Shown here: positions 56,001-62,000 of the stretch, piece by piece
Numbering within the stretch: the stretch's first letter is position 1
Layout of the letters: each line of letters opens with the position of its first letter
Assembly: GCA_016932855.1 (NCBI GenBank)
Contig: JAFGCB010000023.1
Location: 4,825 to 68,824 of the forward strand
DNA length: 64,000 nucleotides
DNA from: Candidatus Omnitrophota bacterium
GTDB taxonomy: Bacteria; Omnitrophota; Gorgyraeia; Duberdicusellales; Duberdicusellaceae
Direction of reading: 5' to 3'
Notes under the pieces: generated by a model
What the model was told of the DNA's origin: nothing
Database searches by the model: none
Seen by the model: only the letters and a program-made list of their open reading frames with translations
Translations under genes and position numbers: made by a program

Positions 56001-59000
56001 CTGAAACTACGGGTTTTCATCAAATGCCTAAGGCTCAGGCTTTGGCTTGTATCGACTATTACAGCTACCTCAAGCCGGTTAATAGCTTCCTCTTGCCGAA
56101 TAAAAATACCCTCGCCTTTAAGATAGGCGGTCTTTCCGACAAGTAATGCCCTTATAGCCGGAACATCAACTCCTCCTAGCTTATCGTGCCATACGGTATA
56201 AACTCTGCCTGTACGTCCTGCAAGGGCATTATTTATAAATCCGTTAAGTTCTGCCACATTTAGACCGCTCTTATTCTTTAAAGCAGAAAACCTGCTTTTA
56301 TTTTCCGAGATGATCCGGGAAGTTTTCATAGTATCTTTTTTCCGGAATTTTAAAAGGAATTGTTTTGTCGGTGAGCTTAAAGAAAGGCGGGCATTTTCAG
56401 GAGAGGATATCGCGACGCAAGACCTATCCGGCGGGCTGTTTCCTGATATGCCTCTTTTTATAAACCAACTTCGCAATATATCGCTAGTAAAAGAATTTTC
56501 GCTGTTTCTCTGCGCAGGGGAAGACAAGAATCCATCCTCAATCCTGTCAATTACTCTCGGGCCGTAGTCGCTTTTAATATCAGAGCCGCCAGTAATTAAA
56601 TATACCGGGATCTCTAAAGATAAGGCCTTATGAAAAAGTTCTGCCATATCCAAAGGCATGGGCTTATGCAGTAAAGCCACGCAGCCGTCGACATCAGAGA
56701 TAATAGCTCTTATTATTATATCTGACTGTTCATGTCTTCTAAGAGCCTCGTCTAAAACCGGATAAACACCCTTAATCCCCGGATGCTCGGTAATTTTAAT
56801 CGAAGGAATATTTAATACATCAGCAGGGTCGCCGGCATAATAAGGCCGGTAATCAACGCTGTCTGAGGTAATCCGTAAAAAAGGAATATCAACCGGGGAA
56901 TCCCCGAAAGCAAATACCGCTCCTCCGTCAAAATTATCAAACAAAGGCCTTACAATATCCAACTTATCGTTTAAAGTCACCTTGCAATAATCCTTTCCAG
57001 TAAAGACGGCATAATTTTTATTATTTAGAATACTTTGGGCGCCGGTTAAAGAATTTAGTAGGTCGGATTCAAAACCTACAGCGGAAAGAGAGCCGAACCT
57101 ATTTACAAAATCCTGACAAATCCTTATCTCAAGCTCTGATAATTTATTAAAAAATTCAATCTTAAATCCTAAGCCCTTACCGAAGCAAGAAAGAAGTTTC
57201 TCTATATCTTGCAAGTGGGTTACCGGAGAAAAGAATTTATCACGCCAATGAGTTCTTACTAACACGGCCGGATTCTTTAGATATATACCCGCAACAAGGT
57301 TATGCTCCCAGGAATTATAAAGATAGATAAGACTGCTGGCTGAGATGCCAAGTTTACGGCTAGTCAATTTCCAGAAAGCAGCTGAAAGACTCTGGCCGAT
57401 AATCAGCTGATCCTTAAGATTAAACTTCTCTGCCTTAAGCTCCTCTACCTTTCTTTCGCCCTTTGGAGTATAGTAAACCCTGCCTTTTCCTGATATATAG
57501 TAAAAATCAAAGTTCCTAAGATACTGGCGAGAGGCCTTAAGGCTTGAGGAAGAACCAAAAATATTATCTTGCCTCAACAATACTGCTATCTCTTCGGTCT
57601 TTTTAGAATATTTACCGGCTATGGATTCATACCGGCTGGCCTTTGTAAACTCATACATTAATTCGAAAGCCAGCCCTATATGGCTTAATACATATGCAAC
57701 AATAATCCCTAATGCCTGCTCGTCTTTATATATTCTAAACCCATGCTCAACCAGCTGTTCTGCGTTCACATATCTTCCATTATTTTGAATTCCTAAAATA
57801 TTTGCTACTTGATCTTTTTCCTCTCCTGCGTCCAAAAGGTCAAAGCCGCCATTGTTTTCAACGCCCAAAAATACATGCTGCCGCTTTCTATCCTCTGAAT
57901 CCTTTAAGTCTAGGTCTATTGCAGCTAAATTGCCGTAATATCCCATAAAGCTAAGAGAAAGATAGCCGAATAGTGAACGCACGCCGCACAAAGAAAGCCA
58001 GGTAATTATAGCCTGGACTTGTAAAGGCACTTCTTCTATGCTTGATAAACTCTCAGGATCAGGAACTAACTCATTAAGATAACTTGTAATAATAGCGGCG
58101 TCTTCTGCGTCCATCATCGCGCAGGAAGCATTAAACATATCAGCTGTAGTCGACTCGTTTCTAATCCAGTTCTCGACCCTTTCGATTACACCCGGCGTAT
58201 CCTGGGGAAGATGGCTTACTCTTACAAAAGGCTGGATATACTGGGGGATAATATTGTTAAGAAAATTGTTTTTCTTGTAATGGCTTAAAATAGATGCTAG
58301 GTCTGTTTGTTTATTACTTTCCACAATATTAATCTTAGATTCAAAAGGAGATGAGGCGCCCGAAGAACTACCAAAGCTTTCTTTAGCATCTATACGGTGG
58401 TCCATCTTCAACATATACTTGGCAAAGTAGGCAGAAAATATGGGAGCAAGCATCTTGCGGGTAAGGTCTTTTCGTATCCTACTCGGCACGCCCGGCAAGC
58501 GGCCATTCAAACTAGCATCACTTGACCTATGCATTATGTCCCTAACATCCATGTATTCTTTTCTCTTTTCGATAAGCCGCTGTCTGTGAAAAGCGTCGTT
58601 AAAGTAAAATGAACGGTAGTTAAGTATCCCGCTATTAGGATCAACCAGAATACTCCTGTATTCCTGGGGTATATTATCCAAACCACCCAGCCTTCTTATG
58701 ATTTCCCGGCGTGTCTTACGGGCGTTTAGAATAACTTCCTGAGAAAAATGAAACGGCCCTTCCAAGCCTGAATCAGGAACAGGCGGAGGTGCCTGGGAAG
58801 GAAAGAAAAAGCGGAAACCTCTGTCCATTGCTTCCAATTCCTCGGCTGAAAGCACAATCATAAACTGGGCGTATTCGCTTCTGATCCTTTCCCACACTCC
58901 GGCGTATTGATCAATCAGAAAATTAATATCTATATCCCCGTGTTCCTCGGCTATAAGAAGAGCGGCGATTACCGTAGCTTCGGTTATGAAATGGGCCCCT

Positions 59001-62000
59001 GCAGGAAACCCTTCACCGTTGAACATGAGCAGAGAAAAGACATATCTTTTAAGAAGCTTAACCACCTCCAAAATATCGGTATCCTCTGATGACTTTGTCC
59101 TTCCAGCTTTATACCAGGTAGAATCAAAAGGCATATAAATATCTTCCCAGACCGCGCCTAAGTAAATCATTGATGAACGCTCCTCGGTAACCCTTATATA
59201 GGTCTTTATGTGCTCTACCACATCCAGATCATCAGAGCCCCAGCGGGGCTTCATTTTAGATATGCCGTTAATATATCTTAGCCCGGCCTGTATCTGCTTC
59301 TGGGTTAAGGCCCTTCTTCCGAACTCTCCATATAAATACAGGTAAAGAGCCTCGGCTCTTAGGCGCCGCTCCCTGGGAGTCATATCTTTCCATACATTGT
59401 AATCAGAAGGGTTCTCATGCTGGCTGGGCCGATTAAGCTTTTCGTATAGAGCAGCGATTTCTTCTTCTACCTCTTTTATACTCTTTTTTCTTATTAAGGT
59501 AAGTTGACGATCCGAAAACCGAGCTATCCTCTTTAAGATATCCAACATATATCTGTCTGTAACCGCGGTAAATCCTTTGGCAAGATAACAGAATACACCT
59601 CTTGCGCCTGCCTGATGAAGGGCCAGTATCTTAGCCTGCTCTGCCAGCCAATCATCATCAAGATGAGGGTTTATTGCTCCAAAAACATCCCCTTCTTTAA
59701 TCCCTGTCTTTTCAACCCATTCTCCGGGAGTCGTAAGACCTTTTAGATGGTGGCGAAAAGCAACTTTCCTTGCCCGGCCCCAAGTCCCGTATGCCTGAAC
59801 TAAGTAAAGCATGTTACCGAAAGCTATTAAAACCATAGACAAAACAGAAATAGCGCCCCTAACAAACATGGGCTGGCCAAGATTTTCTTTCTTAAGCCAG
59901 TTCTTGCCTTTAAGACCTTTAAATAAATTGTAATAATAGTCTATTAGCCTCAAAGAAGAAATCTCTTTACCTAAATCATCGGAAAGCATGCTAAAAAGCC
60001 GTGTTACTGCCTGGTCATTCCATTGTTTGATAACTGAAAACTCCCAGGGATGAGTAAATAGCCTGAGTTTCTCTGCGGCTGTCTTATCAAGAAAGAAGAA
60101 GCCTTGGCTAAGTTGAAATCCTGACATCGGAAATACTTCATTTAAGCTTGCCTCGATTCCCATTTTCATCGACATATCTTTGGCGTTGCCGGTAGCAATA
60201 ACCATGGTAGTAGCATTTTCCCCTGGCTGGCGATCCCTAAAAAGAACCTCATGCCAACTGGAAGTAATGAAACCGTATCGAGGCTTGCCGTGTTTTGTAA
60301 AGAAATTATCGATTCCTCCAATTTCTTTAGCGTGACCGGCGGCAATATGATAGGTGGCAAGCTTACGGGGATCACTGTTCCTAACTTTTTTATAATCTAT
60401 GGCATCAATAAAAGCATTTTGGGTAAACGGCGTTCGGGTCTCGCAAAAACCCTCATGGCCTTTTCCTGAATAATCAGGCCCGGTTCCGTTTAAAGATACG
60501 CAGAATCCTCCGAACTTCTCGGTAATAATATAGGACATTCGCCAAGCACTCTGTTGCATAGTTACAAAATACTGATATTGAACAGGACTCTCTTTTCTCC
60601 TAAGTCTTCCTTTCAAATATTTGTCAAGCAACAAACCTTTCTTTTCAATATCAGCAAGTAAGGCTTCATAGTCGCGGTCATTCATGGGATTTTCCTGTAT
60701 CTGATGATGCTGGCTCAAAAGCTCATCTTTACTGTCAAGCCTTTTAAGATATCTTCGATATTGTCTTTGGGACATGCGCTTTGCGTTCTTATCGAGTATA
60801 TCTGAGTAATATAGATACTTGTTCTGATCAGATATACCCAAATCATTGAAGAAATTATTTAATATATTGGCAAAAGCATGGTAATCAGTCCTTTTCTGGG
60901 GAAAAATAGCATCAAGAGCAAAAACCGCAATCTTCTCTACCGAAGGCATCATTTCTTTGCGGACATCAACCCCGTGCGCCCGCAATATCATTTTCACCCG
61001 GGGGTCATCCCAGCCTTCGAATATTTCTCTTTTAGATAGGCTGCCGCGTAACCTTTCGGGTGTTCCAACTACAAAATCAACTATTCGGGCATAAGCCATC
61101 CAAGGAGTCTCTCCGGTGCAAGTCTGGGTAGGTATTAAATTAAAATTTTTGCTGTACTCCCAGTGCTGCCAGGCTTTTATAATCTCACAGGCAACCGAAA
61201 TAGCCGTATCCTTTACATTACTGTCGATTATAGGCCGCATATTCAAGGCATTTGAATAAGTACGGCTATAGCGCTCTACCGCTTTATCCCAGCTGCTTTC
61301 TTTAATTTTTATTCCCAGCATGGAGATGAAATCCGCCAAGGCCGGGCCCACGGGAAGAGGCGAACTGCTTGATATTTTAATTCCAGCCAGACTTCCTAAT
61401 GTGCTTGTGTTTCTATCTTCTATAACCCTACCCTCCTGAGTAACCATAAATATTTTAACTTCACTACTTAAGTCAAAGATATTTTCACTGATTCTTACCG
61501 GCTTTAGGTTATCGTCTAACAATGTAACTTTGTGTTTAACCTTAAGCATTCCCCTCGCCAAATCTTTAAGAGTTGAACGGGCCTCTTCCTGAGAAGACGA
61601 AAGAGCTAAAACTAATGCTATCCTGCCCCGCTCAAGTTCGGCAATCCCCAGGTTGTAGCTGTAGTAAAGGCTGTCTTTGTCTATGCCGTTATTCTCGGCC
61701 AATTCCGCTAAGCTAAGATGATCGAGACTGTAAACAAAAGGCTTAGCATTTACTCCGGCAATAAAAGAAAGATTGTTTCTAAATAGCTTATCTTTAAGAT
61801 GATGACCTATAAAGTCACTGTGGGCGATAATCTGCGGTCGCGGCGGAATATACTCTATGTTTTCTTTCCTAAACAAAAAGTTTAGCTTCAACGGACTTGC
61901 CGAGCCGATATCGAAAGAATCTTCATCCTTGAAAGAATAGACCAGAACCCGGGAAAAATCATACGCACCTACAAGATTATCGGCCCGGTCTATCTGTTCC

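Noticed and set aside
56040-56110. vWA-like MIDAS motif (VAVIVDTSQSLS = DxSxS)
   Set aside because: A single 5-residue motif in a context that is not Rossmann-like. Insufficient to call a vWA domain.
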